From: an uncultured delta proteobacterium
Lineage (GTDB): Bacteria > Desulfobacterota > Syntrophia > Syntrophales > UBA5619
Length of the DNA stretch: 64,000 bases
Direction: 5' to 3'
Assembly (NCBI GenBank): GCA_963817385.1
Contig: CAWFOM010000006.1
Location: forward strand, 64,001 to 128,000
The position numbers were made by a program, and so were the translations under genes. Positions 1 to 14,666 of the stretch are shown here, piece by piece. The notes beneath the pieces were generated by a model. It worked only from the letters and a program-made list of their open reading frames with translations, had not been told where the DNA came from and did no database searches. Each line of letters begins with the position of its first letter. Within the stretch, counting starts at the first letter, position 1.

Positions 1-197
1 ACCTCAACCCCCAACTGGATCTTGACCGGCGAGACGGATGCCCCCAGCGCCTGTGCATCGGTGTTGGCCGCGATAAAATCGACCCCCCGAAGATTGTAGG
101 AAATCATGGTATTGACGGCATTCCCTCCCGCGCCGCCGATGCCGATCACCTTGATTCTGGCCGCACTCAACACCCCCGCATCCGACAATTCGAACAT
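1..197 (-). CDS. ftsZ: Cell division protein FtsZ, 5' part (runs off the window)
   Basis: Manual translation [31 protein letters not shown]...[18 protein letters not shown] upstream; follows ftsA. Confidence 0.97.
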   Translation of the reverse strand, partial: MFELSDAGVLSAARIKVIGIGGAGGNAVNTMISYNLRGVDFIAANTDAQALGASVSPVKIQLGVE

Positions 198-210
198 AAC
201 TCCTCCCTCC

Positions 211-1437
211 CTAAAAGAATTCAAGAAGCCACTGCTTGAGTCTCTTGAACATCCTGCCGATAAAATTTCCCTCCGCCCTGCTGAGTTTCTCCCGCGCGAT
301 GTTTTGGCTCCCGTAAACCACGAGTCCGACACCGGTCGCGTACAGGGGACTGTTGACAACATCGGTGAGTCCGCCGATGCCCGTCGGGCAGCCCCGCCGG
401 ACCGGCATGTTGAAGATCTGTTCTGCCAGCTCCGGGACCCCTTCGAGGATCGACGTCCCTCCGGTAAGGACCGCCCCGGCTGCGAGGATATCCTCGCAGC
501 CGGATTTGGTGATCTCTTTATACGCCATCGAAAGGATCTCATCCATGCGGGGCTCGATGATCCGGCCCAGGATCTGCCGGGAGACCTCCCGAGGTTCCCG
601 GCCGCCGACGCTCGGAACTTCGATCGATTCATCCTTGGGGATCAGCGGCATAAAGGCGCATCCGTAGCGGATCTTGATCTTTTCCGCCTCGGCGATGGGT
701 GTTCGGAGGCCCGTTGCTATGTCACTCGTGACATAATTGCCTCCGACCGGCAGGACCGCCGTGTGTTTGATGCTCCCTTCCGAGAAGATCGCAATGTCGG
801 TCGTGCCGCCGCCGATGTCGATCAGGGCGACCCCGAGGTCCTTTTCATCGCTGCTCAGAACCGCTTCACTGGAGGCAAGCTGCTCCAGGACGATGTCGTT
901 GATGTCCAGCCCCACGCGGTTGACCGATTTCACAACGTTCTGGATGGAAGTGACGGCGCCGGTCACGATATGGACCTTCGCTTCCAGGCGAACGCCCGAC
1001 ATCCCTACCGGATCGCGGATCCCGTCCTGCTCGTCAACCACATAGAACTGGGGGAGAGTATGGAGAATCTGCCTGTCCAGGGGGACGGCAATCGCCTTGG
1101 CTGCGTCGATCGCCCGTTCCACATCATCCTCGTCCACCTCGCGTCCCTTGACGGCGACGATGCCGAGGCTGTTCTGGCCCCGGATGTGTCCGCCGGCGAT
1201 CCCGACATAGACCGAACGAATCTCGCAGCCCGAGATCCGTTCCGCCTCTTCCACTGCGCGCTTGATCGATTCCACGGTGCTTTCGATGTTGACGACGACG
1301 CCTTTTCTCAACCCTTCTGAAGGATGGGAGCCGATGCCGATGACGTCGATTCCCGACTCTTTGACTTCACCGACGATGGTACAGGTTTTTGTTGTCCCGA
1401 TATCCAGTCCGACTATGACGTTCTCTTTTTTCCCCAT
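211..1437 (-). CDS. ftsA: Cell division protein FtsA
   Basis: GLDIGTTK and DIGGGTTD actin-like motifs; dcw position. Confidence 0.98.
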   Translation of the reverse strand: MGKKENVIVGLDIGTTKTCTIVGEVKESGIDVIGIGSHPSEGLRKGVVVNIESTVESIKRAVEEAERISGCEIRSVYVGIAGGHIRGQNSLGIVAVKGREVDEDDVERAIDAAKAIAVPLDRQILHTLPQFYVVDEQDGIRDPVGMSGVRLEAKVHIVTGAVTSIQNVVKSVNRVGLDINDIVLEQLASSEAVLSSDEKDLGVALIDIGGGTTDIAIFSEGSIKHTAVLPVGGNYVTSDIATGLRTPIAEAEKIKIRYGCAFMPLIPKDESIEVPSVGGREPREVSRQILGRIIEPRMDEILSMAYKEITKSGCEDILAAGAVLTGGTSILEGVPELAEQIFNMPVRRGCPTGIGGLTDVVNSPLYATGVGLVVYGSQNIAREKLSRAEGNFIGRMFKRLKQWLLEFF

Positions 1438-1536
1438 GTATCCTCCAGCTCCGCATTGGAAACGTTACCAACTTTCTCCGGGAGCATCAATCCTTCAGTG
1501 TCGCCGGACGCCCGGCTGTGTTACTTCGCATCGGTC

Positions 1537-2391
1537 TCACATCCGGTATCCCTTCCCGGCGCCGGCTGTTCCCGCGGGTCCTGCGGGTCCCGGGAGATTA
1601 CGCTGCTGGACATTGATCTTTGCCGGGTCGCTCAGGTCGATGAGGAGAAAACCGACGTTCCGGTTCTTTCGGTCCAGATCCGCCATGACGGGGGTCAGCC
1701 GCTGGAACTTGTTTTCAAAACCGTCGAAGCCCATCTGCAGGCAGAGGCCCGTGTCCGTGAACAGAGAGAGCCCGAAGGTCTCGTTGCCGTGGATCTCCGA
1801 CACCGCGCCGATGGCCGGGGTGTCCTTCGACCCCGCAAGGTAATTCAACAGGGCGATGGATTTCTTCACCAGGGCATCATTCGTCCGATCGCCGCTTACG
1901 AACCCGGTGAGGACCGGGAGATTGACTTCATCGCCGGGCTCCAGTTTTTTAAAGGGTTCCCCATCACTGTCGAGGAGGTAAAGCCCCGCGTCGCGTTGAA
2001 GGAGGGCGACCGCCTTTCTTTCCCGGACCACGATGACCAGCCGATCGGGGAATTCCCGCCCGATGAAGACCTCTCTGATCCAGGGGTTTGCGCGGATCCG
2101 CCGGGTGATCGCGTCCTGGTTGAGCGCAAGGATGTTCGGAGACGGCCGGATGGCGGCTAGGGTAAGGATATCCTTTTCGGTAAGCTCTTTGCATCCCCGA
2201 ACGACGGTCTCCCGGACTGCGAGATACGGGGATCGGATGATCCAGTCGTAGCCGACCAGGAGCGATGCGGTGACGCCGGCGATGGCACCCGTCAGGAGGA
2301 TTCCGAGGCTGACTTCCCGGAGAAGCTCTCTGGCGTTTCGCTTGAGCCGGTGTTTTCTCGTCTGCAGTTGGAGACGAAATCCCTTTTTCAT
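1537..2391 (-). CDS. ftsQ: Cell division protein FtsQ/DivIB
   Basis: Single TM, POTRA-like segment (NPWIREVFIGREFPDRLVIVVRER); between murB and ftsA. Confidence 0.92.
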   Translation of the reverse strand: MKKGFRLQLQTRKHRLKRNARELLREVSLGILLTGAIAGVTASLLVGYDWIIRSPYLAVRETVVRGCKELTEKDILTLAAIRPSPNILALNQDAITRRIRANPWIREVFIGREFPDRLVIVVRERKAVALLQRDAGLYLLDSDGEPFKKLEPGDEVNLPVLTGFVSGDRTNDALVKKSIALLNYLAGSKDTPAIGAVSEIHGNETFGLSLFTDTGLCLQMGFDGFENKFQRLTPVMADLDRKNRNVGFLLIDLSDPAKINVQQRNLPGPAGPAGTAGAGKGYRM

Positions 2392-3297
2392 TACTCCCCG
2401 ATGATCCTCACTTCAGTTTCCAGGGCATATCCCGTCATCTCGAATACCCGCTTCTGAATCTTCTCGATCAGGCGGATGATCTCCTCCGCAGTCGCCTTCC
2501 CCCGGTTGATGATAAAATTGCCGTGTTTTTCCGATATCTGCGCATCGCCGATCCGCATTCCTTTGAGACCTGCCTCTTCGATAAGCCTGCCGGCGGGCAC
2601 TGCCTGCGGATTTTTAAAGACCGACCCGGCATTCCGGAATTCCAGGGGGTGTTTTTCCCGTCTCAGCGCGATAATTTCACGGACACGCCCGGCTATGTTT
2701 TCTCCCTCTCCCCGCGTCAGATGAAACGCTGCGCCGATGATAATCGTTTCTGCGGGTAAGTCAAGATTTCTGTATGAAAAACTCAGGAAGCCCCGCACAA
2801 CGGTGCGGATCCCTTCCCCCGGGTTCAAGAGACGCACCGAAGTGCAGATATCCTTGATCTCGCCCCCATAGGCCCCGGCATTCATCCGGACGGCGCCGCC
2901 GACACTCCCCGGGATGCCGGCGCAGAATTCCGCTCCCGTCAGAGCCTCGCGCACCGACACGGCTACCAGCTCGGCCAGGGGAAGTCCGGCCTCCGCCTCC
3001 AGACAGACGCTCCCGTCATCGCTGTCGCTTAGTTTCAGAGAATGCATGCCTGCCAGCGACAGGAGGGCGCCCCGGTAACCCCTGTCGCATACAATCAGAT
3101 TGGTCCAATTGCCGACCGGAAGAAACGGGATCCGGTGCGCCCGGAGAAAGGCGACGCCCTGAGCGAGGTCATCTACGCTCTTGGGGAAGACGAGGGCGTC
3201 GATCCTTCCCCCGACGCCGAGGGAGGTGTGGCGGTCTGCCATCTCGTCGAAGAGGATTGTTCCGGACATCCGCTTCCGGAGACCATCCTGCCAGGTT

Positions 3298-3311
<14 letters not shown>
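2391..3311 (-). CDS. murB: UDP-N-acetylmuramate dehydrogenase
   Basis: [34 protein letters not shown] motifs. Confidence 0.97.
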
Positions 3312-4712
<1,401 letters not shown>

Positions 4713-4716
<4 letters not shown>

Positions 4717-5891
4717 ATCTTCCCTCGCGTGTGCCCGGTCTGCCGCCGGTTTTCAACTAGCGCCAGGCAGGCATCGACAATCTCCGCGGCCGCGCGCCTG
4801 TTCCCCAGAGCGGCGGCGGCGGCTTCCATTTTCCGGACGGCTTCGGGGTTGCGGGATAACCGCTCGATCGCCGACGCCAGCAACTCCCCGCTGAGATCCT
4901 TTTCCGCAATCATCTCCGCTGCCCCGGTACGGGCAAGGATCTCGGCGTTCTTCGTCTGATGGTCATTCACGGCGAAGGGAAAGGGGATCAGGATGGCCGC
5001 CTTCCCGCCGGCGGTGATCTCCGCGATGGAAGTCGCGCCGGCCCGACAGATCAGGAGATCCGCCGCCCGGTAGGCCGCGGCCATATCCATGATGAACGGC
5101 AGGACCTCGGCTGCAAAGCCTCGCTCCCGGTAGGCGGCGTCGACGATGTCCCGGTCTTTTTCCCCCGCTTGGTGGATGAAACGGATCCGGTTCTTCAGGT
5201 GCTCAAGGCCCACCAGGGCCTCGCCGACGAACCGGTTGATGGCGTGCGCCCCCTGGCTTCCGCCGAAGATGAGGATCGTGAATCGCGGGTCGTCCTTTCC
5301 TTCCCGCGGTTTCTCCGCGAGGAAGGCCGCACGGACCGGATTTCCGGTGACCAGCGTCCGGTTTTCCGGAAACCACCGTTGCGATGCCGAGAACGTAAGG
5401 AAGATCCGGTCGGCGAAACGGCCGAGGATCCGGTTGGTCAGACCCGGGAAAGCGTTTTGCTCGGCGATGGCGGTCTCTGTTCCCATCACGCGGGCGGCGA
5501 GAACTGCCGGCCCCGAGGCGTACCCTCCCACACCGAGAACGATTGCCGGACGGAATTCGCGGAGGATCCGGAAGGAGGCGAAAAGGCTTGCGGGGATCTT
5601 TGCGAGGGCCCCTGCGATCCGCAACGCTCCCCGCCCCTTTATCCCCTCTACCGGAATGGTCCTGAGCGGGAGCCCCAACCCGCCCAGGACCTTTTTCTCC
5701 AGACCCCGCTCGGTGCCGATGAAGAGGATGCGGTTTTCCGGGTCCCTGCGAAGGAACTCCTCGGCGACGGCGATCCCCGGAAAGAGGTGGCCGCCCGTCC
5801 CGCCGCCGGCGATGATCATGCCGAGGCCGCCCGGGTTCTCCTGCGGTTTTTCTCCGATGGTTATCGGTTTTGTCTGCACGTCATTTACCAT
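4713..5891 (-). CDS. murG: Lipid II GlcNAc transferase MurG
   Basis: [30 protein letters not shown]; exact start uncertain. Confidence 0.97.
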
Positions 5892-5926
5892 GATACATTA
5901 ACAATTGAAGAACCCATGAAACATTT

Positions 5927-6051
5927 GCGACTTCGCAAAAAGCGCCAGAGACAAGGCGCGCTTTCGCCCGAGGAGTGAGGCGTACCTTTCCGTACGCCGC
6001 AACGACGAGGGGAAGCGCAACGCAGTATGGGAGCTTTTTCCGAAGTCGTCA
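5927..6051 (-). repeat. MITE-like palindromic element, family A copy 1
   Basis: Terminal inverted repeats gcgacttcgcaaaaagc / gctttttccgaagtcgt; internal blocks shared with 37361-37593 and 43243-43414. Confidence 0.8.
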
Positions 6052-6060
6052 TCTTTACCG

Positions 6061-7164
6061 CTATCCTTCATATGATGAAATATTCAGCAATATGCCCACC
6101 GCAACGAGGGACATCAGGAGCGATGTCCCGCCGTAACTCAGAAAGGGGAGGGCCAGTCCCTTGAGGGGGATCAGTCCCATGATGCCCGCGATGTTGATGA
6201 ACGCCTCCAGGGCGATGAGCATCGTCAGCCCCGCGGCCAGGAGATTTCCGAAGAGATCCGGCGCCTTTAAAGAGATCTGGAACCCCCGGACGATCAGGAC
6301 GATATATAAAAAAAGGATCAGCGTGACGCCGATGAAACCGCTCTCCTCGGCGATAACCGAGAGGATGAAATCGGTATGGGGCTCGGGGAGATAGAAAAGC
6401 TTCTGCATGCCGTCCCCGATCCCCACGCCGAAGGCGCCGCCCGAACCGAAGGAGATCAGGGACTGGATGATCTGAAAACCGGAATGGCGCGGGTCTTTCC
6501 ACGGATCGAGAAATGTCATGAGGCGGGCCAATCGATAGCTCTTGTGGAGGAGGAGCCAGATGGCCACGGGAATAAACAGGGCAATGATCCCCGCGAGGTG
6601 GAGGATCCGGCCGCCGGCCAGATAGATCATCATCAGGGTGATAACGGCCATGATGACGGTCGTGCCGAAATCGGGCTGCAACAGGATCAATCCCACCAGG
6701 ACCCCCGTGACGCCGACGGGGATGAGCAGTCCCTGGCGGATCTCCCGGATGCGGTTGACCCTCTGGGTCAGGAAATAGGCCAAAAAGAGGATCAGGGCAA
6801 TCTTGACCATCTCGGAGACCTGGAACGAGAAGACTCCGAGGTTGAGCCAACGGACGGCCCCGCCGGCGCGAATTCCCATATGGGGGATCCAGAGCGCGCA
6901 GAGGCAGATCGTCGAGACCGCGATTCCCGGCCAGGCCAGCTTCCGGAGCGTGTAGTAGGGAATCCGCGTCATCAGGACCATGATCAGAAGACCGAGGATG
7001 AGGAAAAAGAGCTGTTTCTTGAGAAAGAACTGCCCGTCGCGGAACCTCTCCGTCGCGAGGATGGAGCTGGAACTGTAGATCATCACCGTCCCGATAGTCA
7101 CCAAAATCAGAGTGACCAACAGGAGGATCAGATCCGGTTTCTTTTCCCTCCCCAAACGTTTCAT
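6061..7164 (-). CDS. ftsW: Peptidoglycan polymerase FtsW
   Basis: SEDS motifs LQPDFG, LPEPHTDFI, LPFLSYGGTS; start placed at ATG 7164. Confidence 0.97.
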   Translation of the reverse strand: MKRLGREKKPDLILLLVTLILVTIGTVMIYSSSSILATERFRDGQFFLKKQLFFLILGLLIMVLMTRIPYYTLRKLAWPGIAVSTICLCALWIPHMGIRAGGAVRWLNLGVFSFQVSEMVKIALILFLAYFLTQRVNRIREIRQGLLIPVGVTGVLVGLILLQPDFGTTVIMAVITLMMIYLAGGRILHLAGIIALFIPVAIWLLLHKSYRLARLMTFLDPWKDPRHSGFQIIQSLISFGSGGAFGVGIGDGMQKLFYLPEPHTDFILSVIAEESGFIGVTLILFLYIVLIVRGFQISLKAPDLFGNLLAAGLTMLIALEAFINIAGIMGLIPLKGLALPFLSYGGTSLLMSLVAVGILLNISSYEG

Positions 7165-7210
7165 TGTTCCAACCGCCTGACCGTACAAAATTCGGTAACC
7201 TTCGATTCGG

Positions 7211-8557
7211 TTACTGCCGCCTGACTAGCTCCTGGAAGACCCTTCCCCGTTCCTTGTAGTCCGTGAATTCATCGAAGCTCGCGCAGCCGGGGGAGAGGAG
7301 AACGACGTCGCCGGGCGATGCCGCTCTCCCGGCGGCCGCGACCGCCTCCTTCAGGGTGGCCGCGAGGGTCGTCTTGACCACTCCGCCGATGAGTCGGTTG
7401 ATCTTCTCCCGCGCCTCGCCGAAAAGGATCATCTCCCGGACCCGCTCCCGGACGAGGGGGGCAAGCGTCTCGAAGTCCCCTTCTTTGTCCCGCCCCCCGA
7501 GGAGGAGGATGATGGGGCACGAGAAGCTCTGGAGCGCCCGCACGACCGCACCGACGTTGGTTCCCTTGGAATCGTCATAGAAGAGGATGCCGTTTTTCTC
7601 GCCGACGTATTCGATCCGATGGCCGATGCCGCGGAACTCCTCCACCGCCCGGAGGATCGCCGCGGGGGGAGCGCCGCACTCGCGGGCCGCGAGGATCGCG
7701 GCCATCACATTTTCGATGTTGTGGCGTCCCGGAAGGTGGATCATCCCGAGGGGGTATTCCTCCCGTTCTTCGGAAGGCGCGATGCGTACCAGGCGATCCC
7801 CCTCGGCAAACATCCCCCCGGGGACGGCGCCGGAGGAGCTGAAGAGCGTGGTCCGGGCGGCCAATTGTCTGCACAGGGGCGCTGTGGAGGCTTCATCAGC
7901 GTTGAGAATGGCCAGGTCATCGCCGGTCTGCCTCGCGAATATCGCCTCTTTGGTCCGCCGGTAGGCATCGAAACTCCCGTGATAATCGATGTGGTCGAAG
8001 GTCGTGTTGAGCAAAAGGGCGATCCGGGGATGGAACTCGCTCACCCACTGAAGCTGGAAGCTGCTCACCTCGACGACGGCCCAGTCCGCCTCCTGGGGAC
8101 CGTCCACGTAGCCGATCAGGGGGGCGCCGATGTTTCCGCCGACGAAGACCCTTTTCCCTGCTGCGCAGAGCATCTCCCCGATGAGTGTCGTCACGGTCGT
8201 CTTCCCGTTCGTGCCGGTGATGGCGATAAGCGGCGTCTTGAGGAAACGCCAGGCGAGTTCGATTTCGCTTACAACGGGGATCGTCCGTTGGAGCGCCTCC
8301 AGGAGGATGGGGTTTGACGGATAAACGCCCGGTGAGGGGACGACCATATCGACGCCCGCGAGAACCTCGGGTCCATACGGAGTAATGGTCAGATCTGCAT
8401 CGAGACCTTCGATCGCCGTGAGGGTTTCTCTCCAGGCTGAAACCGGTTTTTCATCGGTCACGGCAATCCGGGCCTTCCGGCCAGCGAGAAAACGCGCTGT
8501 CGCGAGACCCGTTTTCCCGACGCCGATAACTGCCACTTTTTTATCATGGAGATCCAT
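7211..8557 (-). CDS. murD: UDP-MurNAc-L-Ala--D-Glu ligase
   Basis: ITGTNGKTT, VEVSSFQL, DDSKGTN, LLSPGCASFD; true start ATG 8557 (ORF-track extension overlaps mraY). Confidence 0.97.
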   Translation of the reverse strand: MDLHDKKVAVIGVGKTGLATARFLAGRKARIAVTDEKPVSAWRETLTAIEGLDADLTITPYGPEVLAGVDMVVPSPGVYPSNPILLEALQRTIPVVSEIELAWRFLKTPLIAITGTNGKTTVTTLIGEMLCAAGKRVFVGGNIGAPLIGYVDGPQEADWAVVEVSSFQLQWVSEFHPRIALLLNTTFDHIDYHGSFDAYRRTKEAIFARQTGDDLAILNADEASTAPLCRQLAARTTLFSSSGAVPGGMFAEGDRLVRIAPSEEREEYPLGMIHLPGRHNIENVMAAILAARECGAPPAAILRAVEEFRGIGHRIEYVGEKNGILFYDDSKGTNVGAVVRALQSFSCPIILLLGGRDKEGDFETLAPLVRERVREMILFGEAREKINRLIGGVVKTTLAATLKEAVAAAGRAASPGDVVLLSPGCASFDEFTDYKERGRVFQELVRRQ

Positions 8558-8568
8558 AACCTGTTTTC

Positions 8569-9648
<1,080 letters not shown>

Positions 9649-9695
9649 TTTTCTTCCTTCCCGTGTCCTCCGGCGTTTTTTCGCGCGACGAACCC

Positions 9696-11126
9696 TTACA
9701 CCGTTTCCGGTCGTACGTCAAATGCCGCGATGATGGCCTCCGCTACCGCTTCCATTTTCATCTTTCGGGACCCTTTGATCAGGATCCAGTCATCCTTTTT
9801 CAAGTGAGACATAAGGGGGGTGATAACCTCCCCGGGCTCATCAAAAAAAGCAATCCTCTCCCGGGGAAAGCCTTTTTTCAGAGCCCCTGCCGCCGTGGAG
9901 AGCGAGAGGGTTCCTTTGAGAAAAACCTGGTCGACGCCGGTCTGGGCAAGAATGGTCCCGACTCCTTCGTGCAACTCTTGGGCCTCTCTACCCAATTCTA
10001 GCATGTCGCCCAGGATTGCGACAGTACTCCCCGCACCCCGCAGCCCCTGCAGGGTTTCGAGGGCCTCCCGCATCGAGGCAGGATTGGCGTTGTAGGCGTC
10101 CATGATGATAAATGCGCCGTTCCCCAGCCGCCGGATCTCCATTCTTCCGGGAACGGGGAGGAAGGCGGCGAGACCCTCGGCGATCGCATACCGGTCGAAG
10201 CCCAGCGCCCCTGCGGCGGCGGCCGCCGCCAGGGCGTTTCGAACATTATGCGTGCCGCAAACGGTCATGCGGACCGGGATGCCGATTCCGCCGATGAGGA
10301 GGTTGAAGCGGACCCCTTCCGGTCGCGCCGTTTCAAGCCGCCGGGCGGTGACATCCGCGCCCGGGGTGAGGCCGAAGGTAACCCGGTTTCCCCGCCAGCG
10401 CTCGGCGATCACCGCAACCTCACGGTCATCGTGATTGATGAGAGCCGTTCCCCGCCCGGCCATGACTTCGAAGAGCGCGCCCTTTTCCTCGCGGACGGCC
10501 TCGATTGATCCAAGCCCCTCCAGGTGTGCGGGGCCGATGTTCGTGATCAGACCGATATCGGGTGCGGCGATGGCGGCAAGCCGGGCAATCTCCCCGGGAC
10601 AGTTTGTTCCCATCTCGACGATGGCCAAGTCGTGCCCTTCGCGCAACCCGAGGAGGGTCTGAGGGAGGCCGATCAGGTTGTTGAGGTTTCCCTCCGTCTT
10701 GAGGATATTCCGCGATCGGGAAGCGATGGCTGCGATCATCTCCTTCGTGGTGGTTTTCCCCGAACTTCCCGTGATCGCGACCAGGGGAATGGCGAATCTC
10801 AGCCGCCATGCGTGGGCGATTGCCCCCAGCCCCCGCAGTGTGTCCGGGACGCCGATGACCGGCACGCCGTTCGGCCCGGAGGTCAGTTTTTCGAGACGGT
10901 CCGTCCGGATAAGGAAGCCGCCGGCCTCTTTTGCCGCGGCCGCCGCGAGGCAGTCGTGGCCGTCGAAGTTCTCCCCCGGAAGGGCGATAAAAAGATTTCC
11001 CGCGCAGAGGGTTCTCGTATCCGTGGAGATGCCGCGGCAGGACCAGTCAGCGCCGCCCCTGATCGGGATTCCTCCCGTCGCCTCCAGGATCTCGCGGGCG
11101 GAAAAGGCCGGCGCGTCGCGGGTCAT
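9696..11126 (-). CDS. murF: UDP-MurNAc-tripeptide--D-Ala-D-Ala ligase
   Basis: [35 protein letters not shown] 11126 overlaps the restored murE stop (ATGA). Confidence 0.95.
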   Translation of the reverse strand: MTRDAPAFSAREILEATGGIPIRGGADWSCRGISTDTRTLCAGNLFIALPGENFDGHDCLAAAAAKEAGGFLIRTDRLEKLTSGPNGVPVIGVPDTLRGLGAIAHAWRLRFAIPLVAITGSSGKTTTKEMIAAIASRSRNILKTEGNLNNLIGLPQTLLGLREGHDLAIVEMGTNCPGEIARLAAIAAPDIGLITNIGPAHLEGLGSIEAVREEKGALFEVMAGRGTALINHDDREVAVIAERWRGNRVTFGLTPGADVTARRLETARPEGVRFNLLIGGIGIPVRMTVCGTHNVRNALAAAAAAGALGFDRYAIAEGLAAFLPVPGRMEIRRLGNGAFIIMDAYNANPASMREALETLQGLRGAGSTVAILGDMLELGREAQELHEGVGTILAQTGVDQVFLKGTLSLSTAAGALKKGFPRERIAFFDEPGEVITPLMSHLKKDDWILIKGSRKMKMEAVAEAIIAAFDVRPETV

Positions 11127-12671
11127 GATCCGGACCTCCGGCTTTGCCAACGCACCAGTTCGGCCCGGGCGATCACCCGATCGTCGAAGGGGAACTTCGC
11201 CCTGGCCGATGACTTGATAATCCTCATGGCCCTTCCCGGCGATCAGGACAATGTCTGCGGTATCGGCCAACGCGATTGCCATAGCGATCGCTTCTTTCCG
11301 GTCCGGAACGACGATATAACCCCGCTGTCCGGCGGGATGCCGCGACCAATCGCCGGCATCGGCGAATCGCGTCGTCCGGATACCCGCTTCGATCTGGCGG
11401 ATGATCTCCCGGGGGTCCTCCGTACGCGGATTGTCGGAGGTCACGACGGCCAGGTCGCTTGCGGCGGTTGCGGCCTCGCCCATGAGCGGCCGCTTTCCCC
11501 GGTCCCGGTCGCCCCCGCAGCCGAAGACGGTAATGATTCTCCCCGTGCGAAACAAGGTCAGGTTCTCCAGAACCCTCCTGAGGGCGTCATCCGTGTGGGC
11601 ATAATCGACAAAAACGGCGGGTTGCCCCGCCGTGCTGACTTTCTCCAGGCGACCCGGGACATGGGTCAAGGCCGCGATCCCGTCCCGGATGAACCATCCG
11701 GGGATGCCGAGTTCAACAGCCGCTGCCGCGGCCGCCAGGATATTCGAGAGATTGAATCTCCCCATGAGCGGGGAGGTAATGGCAAGCCGCTCCCCATCGA
11801 GATGGAGTGTCGCCTCGATACCGTCGAGTGAAAGATGAAAAGGGGAGGCAGTGACGTTACTGGGCGTGTCGATGCCGTAGGTGAGATGTCCGCCTCCGGC
11901 TTCCCGTCCAACCTCGCTGAGGATCCGCCGCCCCCAGGGATCGTCGGCGTTGACGATCATCTTCCGCGGACGGTTTTTCTCCCCGGCGGGGAGCACCTCG
12001 GCAAAGAAACGCTTCTTCGCCTGGAAGTACTCCTCCATCGTTCCGTGAAAATCAAGATGGTCCTGGGTGAGGTTGGTGAAGATCCCCAGGTCGAATGTGC
12101 AGTCGTCGACCCTATTGAGGGCGACGGCGTGCGAGGAGACCTCCGCAGCCACATGGGTGATCCCGTGATCGACCATCTCCCGGATGATCCTCTGTAGTTC
12201 GAAGGATTCCGGGGTCGTATTCGGCGCGGGAAGCGTCTTGCCGCCGTAGCGGTAGTTTACCGTACCCAGGACGCCGACGGCATATCCGGCGGCCCGGAGG
12301 ATCGATTCGATCAGGTAGGTCACGGTGGTCTTGCCGTTGGTCCCGACGACGGCGATAAGGCAGATTCCGGACGAGGGGTCGCCGAAGAGGTTTTTCCCCA
12401 GGATGCCGAGGGCGCGCCGGCTGTCGCGAACGCGGATGGCTCTCACCCCGGCGGGAGGAAAAAATTCGCTTTCATGGATGATGAAGCCGGCCCCGCGGGA
12501 GAGGGCGTCGCCGATGAATGCATGACCATCCGCCTTCAGGCCCGGGATCGCCACGAAGAGACTGCCCGGGCGGCACTGTCGGGAATCATAACAGACCGAC
12601 GCGACATCGCCGTCCTGGAGGGGCATGATCCCCAGCGGTTCGATTCCTCTCATCAGCAGCGACAGTTGCAT
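11123..12671 (-). CDS. murE: UDP-MurNAc-dipeptide--meso-DAP ligase, one extra base near 11205
   Basis: GTNGKTT, TTPES, DYAHT, DNPR (DAP specificity), AGKGHE; canonical end KFPFDDRVIARAEL...TGA lies in a shifted frame. Confidence 0.95.
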
Positions 12672-12680
12672 CGAAACCTC

Positions 12681-14666
12681 TTATGAACCCGTGCTGAAGG
12701 TGACGGTGCAGAGGCGGGTCTCCGGCGCGGGGTGGCCGGCCGCCGGTCTCTGTGCGGTCGCCCAGCCGCTTCCGATGATCTCGATCTCCAGTCCTTTTTC
12801 CTTGGACTTCTTGAGGACTTCACGGATCGACATTCCCCGGAAGTCCGGGATGCGGGGATCGTCCGCGTCCATGGTCTCCTGGGCGGCGAGCGGCGCCGGC
12901 GCGGAAGCCAGTCTCACGTTCATGTCCACGCCCGGCTTTTCCTCTTCGATCGCGGGGTTTCCCCGGATATTGGTCTTGAAGCAGGTCAGGAGCTGTTCCC
13001 CGATTTTCCTGAAGACCGGCGCCGCGGCCACCCCTCCCCATTTGTCCCGCTGCGGTTCATCGAGGATCACCAGGATCGCGACCTGGGGGTCCTCCGCAGG
13101 GAAGAATCCCATGAAGGAGGTCTTCACGCGTTCGCTGGAATAGACCCGCCGGGCAAAATCGAATTTCTGCGAGGTCCCGGTCTTACCGGCCACGGCGACG
13201 TTCACGATGCGGGCGTGTTTGCCGGTGCCGTCTTCCGTGCCGACCACGTCGGTCAGGATGGCAGTGAGTCTCTTTGCCGTCTGGGGAGAGATCACCCGGC
13301 GGACCACGGTGGGATTGTATGCCTGGACGAGCTTTCCCTTCCGGTCCACAAGTCCCCGGACGACGAAGGGTTTCATCAGGACACCCTGGTTGGCGACGGC
13401 GGAGAGGGCCGTGATGAGCTGGATGGCGGTCACGGAGACCCCCTGCCCGAAGGCGATGGTCGCCGCGTCCACCCGCGTCCAGTTCTCCACCGGCCTGAGA
13501 AGGCCGCTCACCTCGCCCGGAAGGTCGATCCCGGTCTTGGCGCCGAATCCGAATTTGTGGATGTACTGGGAGAATTTCTCCCTGCCGAGTCTCTCTCCCA
13601 CCTTGACCGAGCCGATATTGCTCGAGTACCGGAGGATGTCGCGGAAGCTCAGGGTGCCGTGCCGTTTGCGGTTCGCCTCATGGATCACCCGGTCGGCGAC
13701 CGCATAATTGCCGTTTTCACAGTTGAACATGTCCGTTTCTTTGACGACCCCCTCCTCAAGCGCGGCTGCCGCCAGAAAGGGCTTGAAGGTGGAGCCGGGA
13801 TCGAAGCAGTCGGTGATGGCCTTGTTTTTCCCCGTGGCGGGGTCGACCGCCGAGAACGTGTTGGGGTCGAACCCCATTTCATTGGCCAGGGCGAGGATCT
13901 CCCCCGTACGGGGATCCATGACGATGGCAAACCCCCCCTTCGCCCCCTTTTCCTTCACGGCCGCCTTGAGCTGGGATTCAACGAGATGCTGGATTCGACT
14001 GTCGATGGTAAGCACGAGGCTGTAATTCTCTTTGGGGGCGGCCTCGGGCCTCTCCACCCGGGGATAGAGCCTTTTCCCCTTGGCGTCCCGGGTCCAGAGG
14101 AGTTTTTCCGGGGCGCCCTTGAGGTACCGGTCATACCGGAGTTCCAGTCCCTCCAGGCCGGTGGCGTCCAGGCCGACGAAGCCGATCAGGTGGCCGGCCA
14201 GCTCGCCGGACGGATAGAAGCGCTTCGGCTCCTTCACGATGAAGACCCCTTCGATGCCCAATTCCTGGACGAGCGCCGCCTGTTCGGGGGCGATCCGCCG
14301 GGCGACCCAGCAGAAATTCTTCGTGCCGGACAATTTCTTCTGGAGCGCCGCCCGGTCCGTCTGGAGGATGGAGGCGAGGACTCCGGCCGCTTCGCCGGGA
14401 TTTTCGATCTTTGATGGGTCGGCGCAGACGGAATCGGACATGATCGTGGCGGCCATCTTTTCCCCGTTCCGGTCAAAGATGATCCCCCGGTCGGGTTGCA
14501 GCAGGAGGGTCTGGGTATGCTGCTTTTCGGCAAGGGACTTCAGTTCCTTGCTGGAAAGGATTTGGAGCTGAAAGGCGCGTGAACCAAGGGCGATGAAGAG
14601 CACCAGGAAGAAGGCCAGCAGCGTGGCGATCCTGAACTTCATCCATTTTCTCGATTCGCCGGTCAT
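12681..14666 (-). CDS. ftsI: Penicillin-binding protein 3 with C-terminal PASTA-like domain
   Basis: STFK, SSN and KTG catalytic motifs; start ATG 14666 overlaps ftsL stop. Confidence 0.95.
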   Translation of the reverse strand: MTGESRKWMKFRIATLLAFFLVLFIALGSRAFQLQILSSKELKSLAEKQHTQTLLLQPDRGIIFDRNGEKMAATIMSDSVCADPSKIENPGEAAGVLASILQTDRAALQKKLSGTKNFCWVARRIAPEQAALVQELGIEGVFIVKEPKRFYPSGELAGHLIGFVGLDATGLEGLELRYDRYLKGAPEKLLWTRDAKGKRLYPRVERPEAAPKENYSLVLTIDSRIQHLVESQLKAAVKEKGAKGGFAIVMDPRTGEILALANEMGFDPNTFSAVDPATGKNKAITDCFDPGSTFKPFLAAAALEEGVVKETDMFNCENGNYAVADRVIHEANRKRHGTLSFRDILRYSSNIGSVKVGERLGREKFSQYIHKFGFGAKTGIDLPGEVSGLLRPVENWTRVDAATIAFGQGVSVTAIQLITALSAVANQGVLMKPFVVRGLVDRKGKLVQAYNPTVVRRVISPQTAKRLTAILTDVVGTEDGTGKHARIVNVAVAGKTGTSQKFDFARRVYSSERVKTSFMGFFPAEDPQVAILVILDEPQRDKWGGVAAAPVFRKIGEQLLTCFKTNIRGNPAIEEEKPGVDMNVRLASAPAPLAAQETMDADDPRIPDFRGMSIREVLKKSKEKGLEIEIIGSGWATAQRPAAGHPAPETRLCTVTFSTGS

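Noticed and set aside
9696..12671. 991-aa MurE-MurF fusion
   Set aside because: Removing one base near 11205 restores the canonical MurE end (PFDDR) and a TGA overlapping the murF ATG; likely an indel artefact
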